Positions 1 to 9,851 of a DNA stretch of 28,462 nt are shown one piece after another (the first letter of the stretch is position 1; every line of letters starts with the position of its first letter). The stretch spans positions 1-28,462 of the forward strand of contig JANNWY010000064.1 of NCBI GenBank assembly GCA_031409335.1. Reading direction: 5' to 3'. This DNA is from Chthoniobacteraceae bacterium (GTDB lineage: Bacteria; Verrucomicrobiota; Verrucomicrobiia; Chthoniobacterales; Chthoniobacteraceae). The position numbers and the translations under genes were made by a program. The notes beneath the pieces were generated by a model that saw nothing but the letters and a program-made list of their open reading frames with translations, ran no database searches and was not told where the DNA came from.

Positions 1-95
1 TTTTCTTCTTCGCTTCTCCCGCCGTGCTTTGGGGTGGGTTATTTCGGGTCGCCCCCCACGGCGACCCACCCCCCCCCCCCAACCCCCAATCCGCA

Positions 96-1337
96 ATGTC
101 GATAGTTCTCCGCATCGAAAATCTCAGCAAAGCCTACCGGCTCGGCGAAATCAGCCGGCAGGTTTTCTGGAATGATTGGCGGCGGCGTTTGCAGGGGAAA
201 CCGCCGGAGGATTTCACGGACGCCGACCATTTCTGGGCGCTGCGCGATGTGTCGTTTGACGTGCGCCATGGCGAGGTGCTCGGCCTACTCGGGCGCAATG
301 GCGCAGGAAAAACCACGCTTCTAAAAGTCGTCTCGCGCATCACTTCGCCGAGTAGTGGAAAGGTGAAAGTGCGCGGGCGCATCGCGTCGCTGCTGGAAGT
401 CGGCACCGGCTTTCACATGGATCTCACCGGGCGCGACAACGTCTTCCTGAATGGCACGATCCTCGGCATGACACGCAGCGAGGTGGCGCGGAAGTTCGAT
501 GAAATCGTGGCGTTTTCCGGCATCGAGGAATTCATCGACACGCCAGTGAAGCGTTATTCGATCGGCATGCGCGTGCGGCTGGCCTTCGCGGTCGCGGCGC
601 ATTTGGAGCCGGAGATTTTGCTGATCGATGAAGTGCTCGCGGTCGGCGATGCGTCGTTTCAGCAGAAGTGTCTCGGCAAAATCGGCGAGGTTTCGCGCGC
701 GGGCCGCACCGTGCTTTTCGTGAGCCACAATGCCGCCGCGATCGAATCGCTCTGCACGCGCGGCGTCGTGATGGAGCACGGGCGCGTCGCCTTCGATGGC
801 ACGCAGAGCGAAGCGATCGACTTTTATGCTGCGAGCCGTGCCGGACTTTCCACCGATCTCGCGGAGCGCACCGATCGCAAAGGCACCGGCGATCTCCGCA
901 TCACCGGCATCGAAATCCGCAACGCCGTTGGCGCGATCACGACCACCGTGCGCAGCGGCGAGGATGTGGAAATTGCGCTCAAATACCGGCGTCACAGCAA
1001 GAACCCATTTCCCCGCCTCGCCGTGGAACTGCACGTCACCACCCACGTCGGCGCGCCCATTTTCACCCAGGCAAACTGGCTTACCGGCGACGCCTTCGGC
1101 GACCTGCCGGAGACGGGAACTTTCGTCTGCAAACTACCGGGACTCCCGCTGCCGATCGGCACGTTCAATCTCGGATTTCACGTCTGCGCCGAAGAGCGCG
1201 CCCGCCGCGATCCGCTCGATGAAATGGATCTCGCCACCGAACTCCACGTCGAATCCGGCGACTTTTTCGGCACGGGAAAACTCCCGCTGGTCAACGTCGG
1301 TGTGACTCTCGCCAAAGGCTCATGGCGTCTGGAATGA
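96..1337 (+). CDS. wzt: Polysaccharide/O-antigen ABC transporter ATP-binding subunit with C-terminal Wzt_C carbohydrate-binding domain
   Basis: FWALRDVSF, Walker A GRNGAGKT, LLEVGTGF, PVKRYSIGMRVRLAF signature region, Walker B LLIDE, VSH H-loop, plus a ~150-aa beta-rich C-terminal extension. ATG at 96 (MSIVLRIENLSKAY) preferred over GTG at 24. Confidence 0.93.
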   Translation: MSIVLRIENLSKAYRLGEISRQVFWNDWRRRLQGKPPEDFTDADHFWALRDVSFDVRHGEVLGLLGRNGAGKTTLLKVVSRITSPSSGKVKVRGRIASLLEVGTGFHMDLTGRDNVFLNGTILGMTRSEVARKFDEIVAFSGIEEFIDTPVKRYSIGMRVRLAFAVAAHLEPEILLIDEVLAVGDASFQQKCLGKIGEVSRAGRTVLFVSHNAAAIESLCTRGVVMEHGRVAFDGTQSEAIDFYAASRAGLSTDLAERTDRKGTGDLRITGIEIRNAVGAITTTVRSGEDVEIALKYRRHSKNPFPRLAVELHVTTHVGAPIFTQANWLTGDAFGDLPETGTFVCKLPGLPLPIGTFNLGFHVCAEERARRDPLDEMDLATELHVESGDFFGTGKLPLVNVGVTLAKGSWRLE

Positions 1338-1342
1338 GAATC

Positions 1343-2101
1343 TCAGCGCGCTTCCAATCTGCTCACCCAGCCCGCATCCGTCTCGTATCCACCCGCCGGC
1401 AGCACGTCGCCGTACAGCTCCTGAAAACGCGCCGCCAGCCGCGGCGTGAAATGATTCCGCCAGTCGCCCGGCGTCCCCTTTCGCCCATGCGAACCGGAGT
1501 CTTCCTCGCCGAGTTTCCGTTTATATTTTTTCTCGAACCGATTCTCCACCACCGCGCGCTCGATCTTTTCCGCACTGACCGGAAGGCCGAGTTGCTCGAT
1601 GAAAAGTTTGGTGAAAAGCGCGACGTCATCCGCGATCAAATCCTCGTAGCGCAGCACGATTTCCTCCGAGCCGTACCACGAACGCTGAATCTTCGCCGTC
1701 GCCGCCATGCCCGCATCCTCCATCACGCGCGCGAGCCCGTCCTCGACACTCATCGCGCGCAACTCCGCGCGCTGCGCCTCGATCTTTCCCGACGGGTCCG
1801 GCTTGTGCGTTTCGCGAATGCTGAAGTAGCGCGAGATCAGCGTGTCGCGCAGATCGCGCAAAATGATGAAGCGTTTTGCCGCCGCGAGTTCCGGATGCGC
1901 CAGAAATTCTTCGCGCGTCATGAACACGGAAAAGACGCGCTCCTTCACCGAATCGAACGACGGCATCTGGTAGCCGCGCGGCCGCACGCGCTTGCCAAAA
2001 AGCGTGCGCAGGATCGCATCGACCCACGTCGAGCCTGCCTTGGCGTGCGTGATGTGGAGCGTGATCGGCAGCTCCGGGCTCTTGAGGAAATCGAACAGCA
2101 T
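1343..2101 (-). CDS. Sulfotransferase domain protein (Sulfotransfer_1-like)
   Basis: 5'-PSB-like HAKAGSTW, 3'-PB-like LRDLRDTLISRY, LRYEDL and C-terminal RKGTPGDWRNHF. ATG at 2101. Confidence 0.85.
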   Translation of the reverse strand: MLFDFLKSPELPITLHITHAKAGSTWVDAILRTLFGKRVRPRGYQMPSFDSVKERVFSVFMTREEFLAHPELAAAKRFIILRDLRDTLISRYFSIRETHKPDPSGKIEAQRAELRAMSVEDGLARVMEDAGMAATAKIQRSWYGSEEIVLRYEDLIADDVALFTKLFIEQLGLPVSAEKIERAVVENRFEKKYKRKLGEEDSGSHGRKGTPGDWRNHFTPRLAARFQELYGDVLPAGGYETDAGWVSRLEAR

Positions 2102-2142
2102 TGCCCGAGTTTCGTACGCGACACTCCCGACGCTCCGCAAGC

Positions 2143-2874
2143 ATGAACACCCTCCGCGAAATCGCCGCGCACCCGCGCGAATGGCTGGCCTTTTCCCGCG
2201 CCGCAAAAGTGCGCGGCTGCTCCGCCGTGGCCCATCGGCGCTGGTTCTCCGAGTGGTCGCGCAGTTCGCAAAATGGCGTGACGCCGCTTGGCGACGAGAT
2301 GCCGTGGATGACGTTTGCAGCGCGGGAATTCCTGAGCCGCTGGCTGCGGCGGGAAATGAACGTTTTTGAATGGGGCAGTGGCGGCTCGACGCTGTTTTTT
2401 GCGAAACACGCGGGGCGGATCACGGCGATCGAGCACGAATATGCGTGGGCGGCGCAAGTCCGGAAAGTGATCGGAGGGCGCGGGATCGCGAACGCGCTGC
2501 TCAAGCATCTGCCACCGGATCGCGACGACGCGGCGGCGGGATGGGATGCCGCTGATCCGTCCGTTTGCGCATCGTCCGGCGCAGGGTTTCGCGGCCAGTC
2601 ATTTCAGCGATACGTCACGTTCATCGACCAGTTTCCCGACGCGACATTCGATCTCGTCGTCGTGGACGGGCGCGCGCGCCCAGCGTGCATCCAGCACGGA
2701 ATGGCGAAGATCAAGCCCGGCGGCTTCCTGCTGCTCGACAACGCCGAACGCGACCACTACCAGCGGGCGATCAGGTTGCTCGAGCCGGCGCGCTGGGAGT
2801 TGCACGATTTCACCGGACCCGGCCCTTACTGTCGGCAATTTTGGCAAACGCTGGCGTGGAGGCGGAAGAGCTGA
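2143..2874 (+). CDS. Class I SAM-dependent methyltransferase
   Basis: PWMTF, motif I VFEWGSGGST, ITAIEH, FDLVVVDGRAR, IKPGGFLLLDN. Confidence 0.85.
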   Translation: MNTLREIAAHPREWLAFSRAAKVRGCSAVAHRRWFSEWSRSSQNGVTPLGDEMPWMTFAAREFLSRWLRREMNVFEWGSGGSTLFFAKHAGRITAIEHEYAWAAQVRKVIGGRGIANALLKHLPPDRDDAAAGWDAADPSVCASSGAGFRGQSFQRYVTFIDQFPDATFDLVVVDGRARPACIQHGMAKIKPGGFLLLDNAERDHYQRAIRLLEPARWELHDFTGPGPYCRQFWQTLAWRRKS

Positions 2875-2876
2875 CC

Positions 2877-3530
2877 ATGTTTGCGCGCCTCAAGAAATGG
2901 TTCACTCGCGAGCAGTCATTCGGATTGAAGGGACTCGATTTGAAACTCCTGCCCTGGCTCGATTTTCGTGACGGCTTTTTTGTCGAAGCCGGTGCCAACA
3001 ACGGCGTGAAATTCAGCAACACGCTCTTGCTCGAACGCTCCCGCAACTGGCGCGGCCTGCTCATCGAACCGATCCCCGACCTCGCCGCGCAATGCCGGAA
3101 AAGCCGCCCGAAATGCATCGTGGAAAACTGCGCGCTCGTGGCTGCCGATTCCGCGCAACGCGAAGTCGTGATGCGCTACGCGAACATGATGTCGATCGTG
3201 AAAGGCGCGATGCAATCGGAAGTGGGCGACCTCGATCACATCAAGAAAGGCTGCGAGATGCAGCAGATCGAATCATACGAAATCACCGTGCCCGCGCGCC
3301 CGCTCAGCGAAGTGCTCGATCAACACGCCATCACGAAAGTGGATTTCTTCTCACTCGACGTGGAAGGCTACGAACTCGAAGCGCTCAAGGGTCTCGACTT
3401 CGCGCGCCACGTCCCGCGCTTTCTCCTCGTCGAATGCCGCGACCGCGCGATCATCGAAAACTTTCTCGCGCCGCGTTATGAAGCCGTCGCAGTTCTCTCG
3501 CATCACGATGTCCTCTTCCGCGCCCGCTGA
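2877..3530 (+). CDS. FkbM-family methyltransferase
   Basis: FFVEAGANNG, SNT, WRGLLIEP, VDFFSLDVEGYELEALKG. ATG 2 nt after the upstream stop. Confidence 0.9.
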   Translation: MFARLKKWFTREQSFGLKGLDLKLLPWLDFRDGFFVEAGANNGVKFSNTLLLERSRNWRGLLIEPIPDLAAQCRKSRPKCIVENCALVAADSAQREVVMRYANMMSIVKGAMQSEVGDLDHIKKGCEMQQIESYEITVPARPLSEVLDQHAITKVDFFSLDVEGYELEALKGLDFARHVPRFLLVECRDRAIIENFLAPRYEAVAVLSHHDVLFRAR

Positions 3531-4122
3531 ATCCAGCCGCCTGCAAAAATGGCTCGGCTCGTTCTTTCGCCGCACGCCGCGCGTCAGGGAGGCAAAGCGC
3601 ATCGTCATCGGCGCGGCCCGCACGCTGTATCCCGGCTGGGTTTCGACCAATCGCGCGACGCTCGATCTCTTAAAGCGCGAAGATTTCGAGCGGCACTGGT
3701 CACCCGATTCGCGCGAAGCGTTCCTCGCCGAGCATGTGTGGGAGCACCTTTCCGAGGCGCAGGGGAAACTGGCCGCGGCGAATTGCTTCGCGTTCCTCCA
3801 GCCCGGCGGGCACCTGCGCATCGCCGTGCCGGACGGGCTGAATCCCGATCCCGAATATCGCGAACACGTGCGCCCCGGCGGCAGCGGCCGTGGCGCGGAT
3901 GATCACAAAATGCTCTACACCGCGGCATCGCTGAAGGCGCTGGTCGAATCGGTCGGCTTCGCCTGCACGTTGCTCGAGTTTTGGGATGAAGCCGGCCATT
4001 TTCACGCGACCGACTGGGATGCGAACCAAGGCCACGTCATGCGCTCCCGCCGCTTCGACCCGCGCAATCAGGACGGCACGCTGCGCTACACCTCGCTCAT
4101 CATCGACGCAGTGAAACCATGA
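3508..4122 (+). CDS. SAM-dependent methyltransferase-fold protein (short, glycan-locus type)
   Basis: IVIGA, AEHVWEHL, LQPGGHLRIAVPD, SLIIDAVK. Start uncertain (ATG 3508 or 3478). Confidence 0.75.
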   Translation: MSSSAPAESSRLQKWLGSFFRRTPRVREAKRIVIGAARTLYPGWVSTNRATLDLLKREDFERHWSPDSREAFLAEHVWEHLSEAQGKLAAANCFAFLQPGGHLRIAVPDGLNPDPEYREHVRPGGSGRGADDHKMLYTAASLKALVESVGFACTLLEFWDEAGHFHATDWDANQGHVMRSRRFDPRNQDGTLRYTSLIIDAVKP

Positions 4123-5660
4123 GCACGCCGCTCGCGATCTTCGCGCACCGCCGCCCCGGGCATCTGCGGCGGCTGCTCGATTCCGTCAGCACCTGCCGGC
4201 AGTTGGAGGACTGCGTGCCGATCATTTTTTGCGATGGCCCGCGCGGGCCGGACGACAGCGCGGCGATCGCGGCCACACGCGCGGTGGCGCGCGAGTGGGC
4301 GGCGGCGCACGGCGCGAAAATCGTCGAGCGCGTGGAAAACAAAGGCCTCGCGCATTCCATCGTGGATGAAGTCACGGCCCTGTGCGGTGTATTTGGACGC
4401 GTGATCGTTTTGGAGGATGACCTCGAAGTCGCGCCCGACTTCCTGCGATTCATGCTCGCCGCGCTCGATCACTGCGAGCGGGACGAGAGCGTCCTTCAAA
4501 TCTCCGGCTACATGTTTCCCGTGCCGCATTCCGAAAATCGGGATGCCTTCCGCCTGCCGCTGGCGACGACGTGGGGTTGGGCCACGTGGTCCCGCGCGTG
4601 GAAACTTTTCACGTGGGAGCCGCCCGAGGTTCGCGTCCGGCTTGACGACGCGCTCGAACGCCGCCGCTTCAATCTCGACGACTCCTACGATTACGCCGCG
4701 CTGCTCGAAGCGCGGCTCGCCGGAGCGAACGCCTCGTGGGGCGTGCTGTGGCAGTGGGCGATTTTCGAGGCGGGCGGCGTCGCGCTGCATCCGCGCGAAA
4801 CGCTGGTCCACAATCACGGCTTCGACGGCACCGGAACGCATTGCGGCAGCGGCTCGCAGCCACGCCTGGAGTCGTTCGCGCCGATGCCGGAAAAGCTGCG
4901 CTGGCCGGAAGGCCCCGTCGATGAAGGTGCCTTCGACCGCATCAAAAAATATCTTCGCCAGCGCAGGATCGCAGAGCCACGCTTCCGCCCGATGGCCTTG
5001 CTTTCAAACCTTCTCCACAAAGCGCGCGGAGCGTTCGCGCCCGCGCCGGGAGGTCCGCGTATTCCCACCAGCAAGGAGCCGGACACCGCGATCTATTGGG
5101 ACCCGAAAATGGCGGCGATCCTGGAGACTTGGGGCGAGGGAAATACGTGGGATGAAATCCAGGACTTGCTCGCGCAGCAGAACGGCAGGGTGCTCGACAT
5201 CGCCTGCGGCACGGGAAAGACGATGGATATTCTGAAGCGATTCCCGGCACTCGAAATCCACGGCTGCGACATCTCGGATTTCCTTTTGCAAAAAGCCACC
5301 GAGCGCGGCCTCGCGGCGGAGCGACTCACCGCGTGCGACGCGACGAAACTGCCGTATTCCGACGCATCCTTCGAGTGCTCCTACTCGATCGGTTCGCTCG
5401 AACATTTCACCGAGCAGGGCATCCGCGATTGCGCTGCCGAGGCTGCGCGCGTCACGAGACTTTTCTCCGCGCACATGGTCCCCGTCGCGCGCAGCGGTCG
5501 CGATGAAGGCTGGATGAAAACGATCCAAAGTTTTCACAACAACAGCGTCGAATGGTGGCTGGAAAAATTCCGCGCGAGCTTTCCCGTCGTCGAGGTCATG
5601 GACTCGCGGTGGAACGACAAGATTTCGTTCGGGAAGTGGTTCATCTGCCGCAAATCGTGA
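4119..5660 (+). CDS. GT-A (GT2-like) glycosyltransferase fused to a class I SAM methyltransferase
   Basis: N-terminal [51 protein letters not shown]-terminal [30 protein letters not shown] overlap with the upstream gene. Confidence 0.85.
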   Translation: MSTPLAIFAHRRPGHLRRLLDSVSTCRQLEDCVPIIFCDGPRGPDDSAAIAATRAVAREWAAAHGAKIVERVENKGLAHSIVDEVTALCGVFGRVIVLEDDLEVAPDFLRFMLAALDHCERDESVLQISGYMFPVPHSENRDAFRLPLATTWGWATWSRAWKLFTWEPPEVRVRLDDALERRRFNLDDSYDYAALLEARLAGANASWGVLWQWAIFEAGGVALHPRETLVHNHGFDGTGTHCGSGSQPRLESFAPMPEKLRWPEGPVDEGAFDRIKKYLRQRRIAEPRFRPMALLSNLLHKARGAFAPAPGGPRIPTSKEPDTAIYWDPKMAAILETWGEGNTWDEIQDLLAQQNGRVLDIACGTGKTMDILKRFPALEIHGCDISDFLLQKATERGLAAERLTACDATKLPYSDASFECSYSIGSLEHFTEQGIRDCAAEAARVTRLFSAHMVPVARSGRDEGWMKTIQSFHNNSVEWWLEKFRASFPVVEVMDSRWNDKISFGKWFICRKS

Positions 5661-6223
5661 ATGTCCTGAACTGGTTCCGCGGCCGCCCCGCCGGGTCGAA
5701 GCGGCTGGCGGAGTGCGGTGAAAACTCGTCGATCACCGGCCCCGTGCACATTCGCAAGGAAGGCGGTCGCATCCGCGTCGGGCGCGACTGCGTGATCGAA
5801 GGCCAGCTCGTCGCGGAAACCGCGGCGGCGCGGATCGAAATCGCGGACAATGTTTACATCGGCGGCAGCACGATCATCGCGAGCGTCGCCAGCATTTCCA
5901 TTGGCGATGACGTGCTCATTTCCTACCAATGCCTGATCGCCGACAGCGACAATCACAGCGTGCGCTACAGCATTCGCAAACGCGATCTCGCCGACTGGCG
6001 CAACGGCGGAAACCACGATTGGACGACGACGGTGACGCGGCCCGTGACGATCGGGCGCGGGGTGTGGCTTGGCGCGCGTGTCATCGTTTTGAAAGGCGTG
6101 AATATCGGCGAAGGCGCGGTGATCGGCGCGGGCAGCGTGGTGACGCGCGACGTGCCGGCGTGGAGTGTCGCGGGGGGAAATCCGGCGCGCGTGATCCGTA
6201 CTTTGGGAGTCGATGAACGCTGA
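5657..6223 (+). CDS. Hexapeptide-repeat (LbH) sugar O-acyltransferase
   Basis: [64 protein letters not shown] start overlaps the upstream TGA. Confidence 0.9.
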   Translation: MNVLNWFRGRPAGSKRLAECGENSSITGPVHIRKEGGRIRVGRDCVIEGQLVAETAAARIEIADNVYIGGSTIIASVASISIGDDVLISYQCLIADSDNHSVRYSIRKRDLADWRNGGNHDWTTTVTRPVTIGRGVWLGARVIVLKGVNIGEGAVIGAGSVVTRDVPAWSVAGGNPARVIRTLGVDER

Positions 6224-7058
6224 AGGGCAGATGACTTGGGAAGCGGCCGTGCGCTGGTATCGCGCGCAGCCGGGGAATGACGCGGCGGTGCGTGCGAATT
6301 ACTTCGACCTGCCCGTGCGCGCGGCTGCGGAGCGATACGCGCTGAGTGAAGAGTTTTCGGAAGTGGCGCGTCTGCTCGGCTTGGGAAATGGGCGCGCGGT
6401 GCTCGATCTCGGCGCGGGCAATGGGATCGCGAGTTTCGCATTGGCGCGGGCTGGCTGGCGTGTGACGGCGCTCGAGCCGGACCCGGGCGAAGAAGTCGGA
6501 GCGGGCGCGATCCTCGCGCTGCAAAGGGAATTTGAATTGCCGATCGAAGTCGTCGCGTTCACCAGCGACAAGCTGCCGTTTGCCGATGCGAGTTTCGACG
6601 CGGTTTTTGCGCGACAGGTTTTGCATCACGTGCCGGATTTGGCGCAAACGGTGCGCGAGGTTTTTCGCATCCTGAAACCCGGCGGCGCGTTCCTCGCGAT
6701 CCGCGAGCACGTCGCGAATGATGCGCGGGAGTTGCAGGCGTTTCGCGAAAATCATCCGCTTCACCGGCTCTACGGCGGCGAAAATGCGCACCCGCTTCAG
6801 ACCTATTTGGACGCGGCGAATGACGCGGGCTTTTCCACGCTCAGCGTCTGGGGACCGCTCGAATCGATCCTGAATTTTGCCCCGCGCTCCGAACACGAAC
6901 GGCTGGCGCAAATGCAGCGCATCGCCCGCGAACGCTGGTGCGGCCTTGGCCGGCTGTTCGCATCTTCGCCGGATTTCGTGGAAGCCAGCGTCCGCCTGGC
7001 GACTGCCCGAAACGCCAGCCCCGGTCGCATCCATTCGTTCCATTTTCAAAAACCATGA
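6213..7058 (+). CDS. Class I SAM-dependent methyltransferase (Methyltransf_11-like)
   Basis: [32 protein letters not shown]. Confidence 0.9.
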   Translation: MNAEGQMTWEAAVRWYRAQPGNDAAVRANYFDLPVRAAAERYALSEEFSEVARLLGLGNGRAVLDLGAGNGIASFALARAGWRVTALEPDPGEEVGAGAILALQREFELPIEVVAFTSDKLPFADASFDAVFARQVLHHVPDLAQTVREVFRILKPGGAFLAIREHVANDARELQAFRENHPLHRLYGGENAHPLQTYLDAANDAGFSTLSVWGPLESILNFAPRSEHERLAQMQRIARERWCGLGRLFASSPDFVEASVRLATARNASPGRIHSFHFQKP

Positions 7059-7975
7059 GCACGATCCTGATCACCGGAGCCGCGGGTTTTCTCGGGCGGC
7101 ACATCGCGCGGGAGTTTGCACAGGCCGGATGTAAAGTCGTCGGCGTGGATGTCGTTGCGGCGGAGAATTCCGGCCTCGGGCCGAGTGTGGCATACGCGCG
7201 GCTCACGCTGCCAACGCCCGCGTTTGGCGAGCTGCTCCAGCGCGTGCAGCCAGACGCGTTGATCCATTGCGCCGGACGCGCTTCGGTGGCGAATTCGCTG
7301 ACCGATCCCGGCGCGGATTTTCGCGACGGCACGGCGCTGACTTTTGAAGTGCTCGATGCCTTGCGCCGCACCGTGCCGGGTTGTCGTTTCATCCTGCTTT
7401 CCAGCGCGGCGGTTTACGGAAATCCGGCCACGCTGCCCGTTACGGAAGAGCACGTGTGCGCGCCGCTTTCGCCTTACGGTTATCACAAGAGGCAGAGCGA
7501 ATTAGTGTGCGAAGAATTCGCGCGGATTTTTTCGATGCCGACCACGGCGGTGCGCATTTTTTCCGCGTACGGGCCGGGCCTGCGGCGGCAGGTCGTGTGG
7601 GATATTTGCCGCCAGGCGCTGACTGAAGCGGAGTTGCGCCTGCGTGGCACTGGCGGTGAAAGTCGCGATTTTATCCACGCCGCCGATGTCGCCCGTGCGC
7701 TGCGGCAGATCGTGGAAACCGCGCCCTGCACCGGAGAAATTTACAACCTCGCATCTGGCGTTGAGACAACGATCGCCGAACTCGCCGACCGGATCTTGCG
7801 CCAGCTAGGGCGCGCGATTCCGGTGCGCTTCGACGGCGCGCAAACGCCCGGCGATCCGCTGCACTGGCGCGCCGACATTGCGCGTGCGTGCAGCCTCGGC
7901 TTCCAGCCGCGCGTGACGCTCGAGAAGGGCTTGGAGTCATTCGCCGCGTGGTGCTCCGCCGAACTCGCGACATGA
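7055..7975 (+). CDS. NAD-dependent nucleotide-sugar epimerase/dehydratase (extended SDR)
   Basis: ITGAAGFLG, SSAAVYG, YGYHK (YxxxK), RIFSAYGPG, RDFIH. ATGA overlap with the upstream gene. Confidence 0.92.
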   Translation: MSTILITGAAGFLGRHIAREFAQAGCKVVGVDVVAAENSGLGPSVAYARLTLPTPAFGELLQRVQPDALIHCAGRASVANSLTDPGADFRDGTALTFEVLDALRRTVPGCRFILLSSAAVYGNPATLPVTEEHVCAPLSPYGYHKRQSELVCEEFARIFSMPTTAVRIFSAYGPGLRRQVVWDICRQALTEAELRLRGTGGESRDFIHAADVARALRQIVETAPCTGEIYNLASGVETTIAELADRILRQLGRAIPVRFDGAQTPGDPLHWRADIARACSLGFQPRVTLEKGLESFAAWCSAELAT

Positions 7976-9102
7976 GTTTTCCCCAGCATGTCGGCCTCGT
8001 CGCGCTGGGCGGCGCGGGCTGGATGGGCGGGTCGAATTACGTGCGCGGCCTCGCCGCGGCCATCCACGCCTCGTCGCCCGCGACGAAGGTTTCATTCATC
8101 TGTCCGAAAAACTTGCTGCCGGACTGGCGCAACGACGCATCGGTCATCGCGGTGAAGACGCAGCGCACGCTGCGGGCGCGGCTTTTCGATCGGACGCCGC
8201 AGCTTCCAAAAGTGATCGCCGAAGCGGGCATCGAGTTCGTTTACCCAGTCACGTACGCGAGCGCTTTCCTGTTGGATTCGCAGCTCAGCGCGTGCGCCTG
8301 GGCGGGATGGATTCCGGATTTTCAGCATCGGTATTTGCCGAATTTTTTTACCGGGAAAGACATCGTCTGGCGCGAGGATCGCATCGCGCTGCTCGCTGAG
8401 AAAGCGACGCGCGTCGTGCTCAGCAGCGAGAGCGCGGCGAACGACTTTCGCGAGTTTTTTCCCGCACACGCAGCGAAAGCGCGGGTGTTCACCTTTGCCA
8501 CGCCGCCGCTCGCACTCCGCGACGCCGACCTCGCGCTGGACGACGTGCCGCCGCGCTTCCTCCTCGTCAGCAACCAATTCTGGAAACACAAAAACCACGG
8601 CGTGATCCTAGATGCGCTGCGCATTCTCCAAGCGCGCGGCGTTCGCCCGATCGTCCTCTGCACCGGCCAGCTCGTGGATCATCGCGATCCTGAATATGCC
8701 GGGACGATTCGCGCCGCGCTCGAGAAAGACGGGCTGGGTGAGCAGGTGAAATTGCTCGGCCTCATCCCGCGCGAGGAGCAAGTCGGACTGATGCGACGCG
8801 CGGTCGCGATCGTGCAGCCGTCGTTGTTTGAAGGCTGGAGCACGATCGTGGAAGACGCGCGCACGCTCGGTCGGCCGTGTCTGCTTTCCGGCATCGCCGT
8901 GCATCGCGAACAGAATCCACCGGGCGCGCGTTTTTTCGACCCGCACTCGCCCGAGGCGCTTGCAGACTTGATCGCCGAGGCATGGGCGGACTGGCCGGCG
9001 GGGCCGGATCGTGATGCGGAAAATGCCGCGCACGGCCGAGCGGTCGCGCGGCTCGCGGAAGTCGGCAGCCGCTTTCTTGCGCTTACGCAGGCTTGTCGAT
9101 AA
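7972..9102 (+). CDS. Glycosyltransferase family 4 (GT-B)
   Basis: WMGGSNY, WIPDFQH, NQFWKHKNH, QPSLFEGWSTIVEDA (Ex7E). Confidence 0.9.
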   Translation: MSFPQHVGLVALGGAGWMGGSNYVRGLAAAIHASSPATKVSFICPKNLLPDWRNDASVIAVKTQRTLRARLFDRTPQLPKVIAEAGIEFVYPVTYASAFLLDSQLSACAWAGWIPDFQHRYLPNFFTGKDIVWREDRIALLAEKATRVVLSSESAANDFREFFPAHAAKARVFTFATPPLALRDADLALDDVPPRFLLVSNQFWKHKNHGVILDALRILQARGVRPIVLCTGQLVDHRDPEYAGTIRAALEKDGLGEQVKLLGLIPREEQVGLMRRAVAIVQPSLFEGWSTIVEDARTLGRPCLLSGIAVHREQNPPGARFFDPHSPEALADLIAEAWADWPAGPDRDAENAAHGRAVARLAEVGSRFLALTQACR

Positions 9103-9110
9103 GGAGCGCC

Positions 9111-9851
9111 ATGTCGTTTCGGAACGCGATTCTGTCTTCGCTCAATCACCTCTTCGGCCTGCGCGGCCTGGAGCTGCGCAGCCGCGTGCGGGCAGAGGCC
9201 GATTGCTCGATGGATGCCGCGCTGCGACGCGCGGGCGCGCGGATTCCAAAGATCGGCACCGTGATCGACGTGGGCGCTGCCGCTGGAATGTGGACAATGC
9301 ACGCGCGCCCGTATTTTCCCGAAGCACAGTTTCTTCTCATCGAGCCGTTGAACGAGCGGGTGCCGGAGTTGGAGGCGTTGCGCGCAGCGGACCGGCGCGT
9401 GGATTTCGTCAGCGCGGTCGCCGGCGCGGAGCGGGGACAGGCGACGCTCCACGTGACTCCCGATCTGAATGGGAGCGGCGTGGCCGATTCGCCCGGGACG
9501 GGCAGCCGGACGGTGGCGGTTACGACGATTGATCGCGAGGTTTCGGAGCGGCAGTTGCCGGGGCCTTATTTCATCAAGCTCGATACCCACGGCTACGAAG
9601 TGCCGATCCTCGAAGGCGCGCGCGCCACGCTCGCGCAGAGCGCGCTGTTAATGATCGAGGTCTATAATTTCAAGCTCACTGGCGCGTGCCTGTGCTTCCC
9701 ACAACTGTGCGCGCGGATGGAAGAACTCGGCTTTCTGCCATGCGACGCCGTGGAGCCGGCGCGGCGTCCGGGCGATCTTGTGCTGTGGCAAATGGACCTG
9801 GTTTTTGCGCGCGCCGACGCGCCGCTTTTCGCCCGCAAGACCTATCAATAA
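9111..9851 (+). CDS. FkbM-family methyltransferase
   Basis: VIDVGAAAG, LIEP, IKLDTHGYEVPILEGA, QMDLVF. AAGGAG Shine-Dalgarno at 9101-9106. Confidence 0.9.
   Translation: MSFRNAILSSLNHLFGLRGLELRSRVRAEADCSMDAALRRAGARIPKIGTVIDVGAAAGMWTMHARPYFPEAQFLLIEPLNERVPELEALRAADRRVDFVSAVAGAERGQATLHVTPDLNGSGVADSPGTGSRTVAVTTIDREVSERQLPGPYFIKLDTHGYEVPILEGARATLAQSALLMIEVYNFKLTGACLCFPQLCARMEELGFLPCDAVEPARRPGDLVLWQMDLVFARADAPLFARKTYQ

Noticed and set aside
1..95. Poly-C run, GGGTCGCC/GGCGACCC hairpin and the ORF extension MLWGG...PPPPP; possible phase-variation tract or wzm 3' end
   Set aside because: Low-complexity sequence at the window edge that looks like poor base calls. A wzm tail is plausible but cannot be supported.
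555..569. Wzt signature reads YSIGM instead of the usual YSSGM
   Set aside because: A single substitution at a variable position with all other ATPase motifs intact; not enough to claim inactivity.
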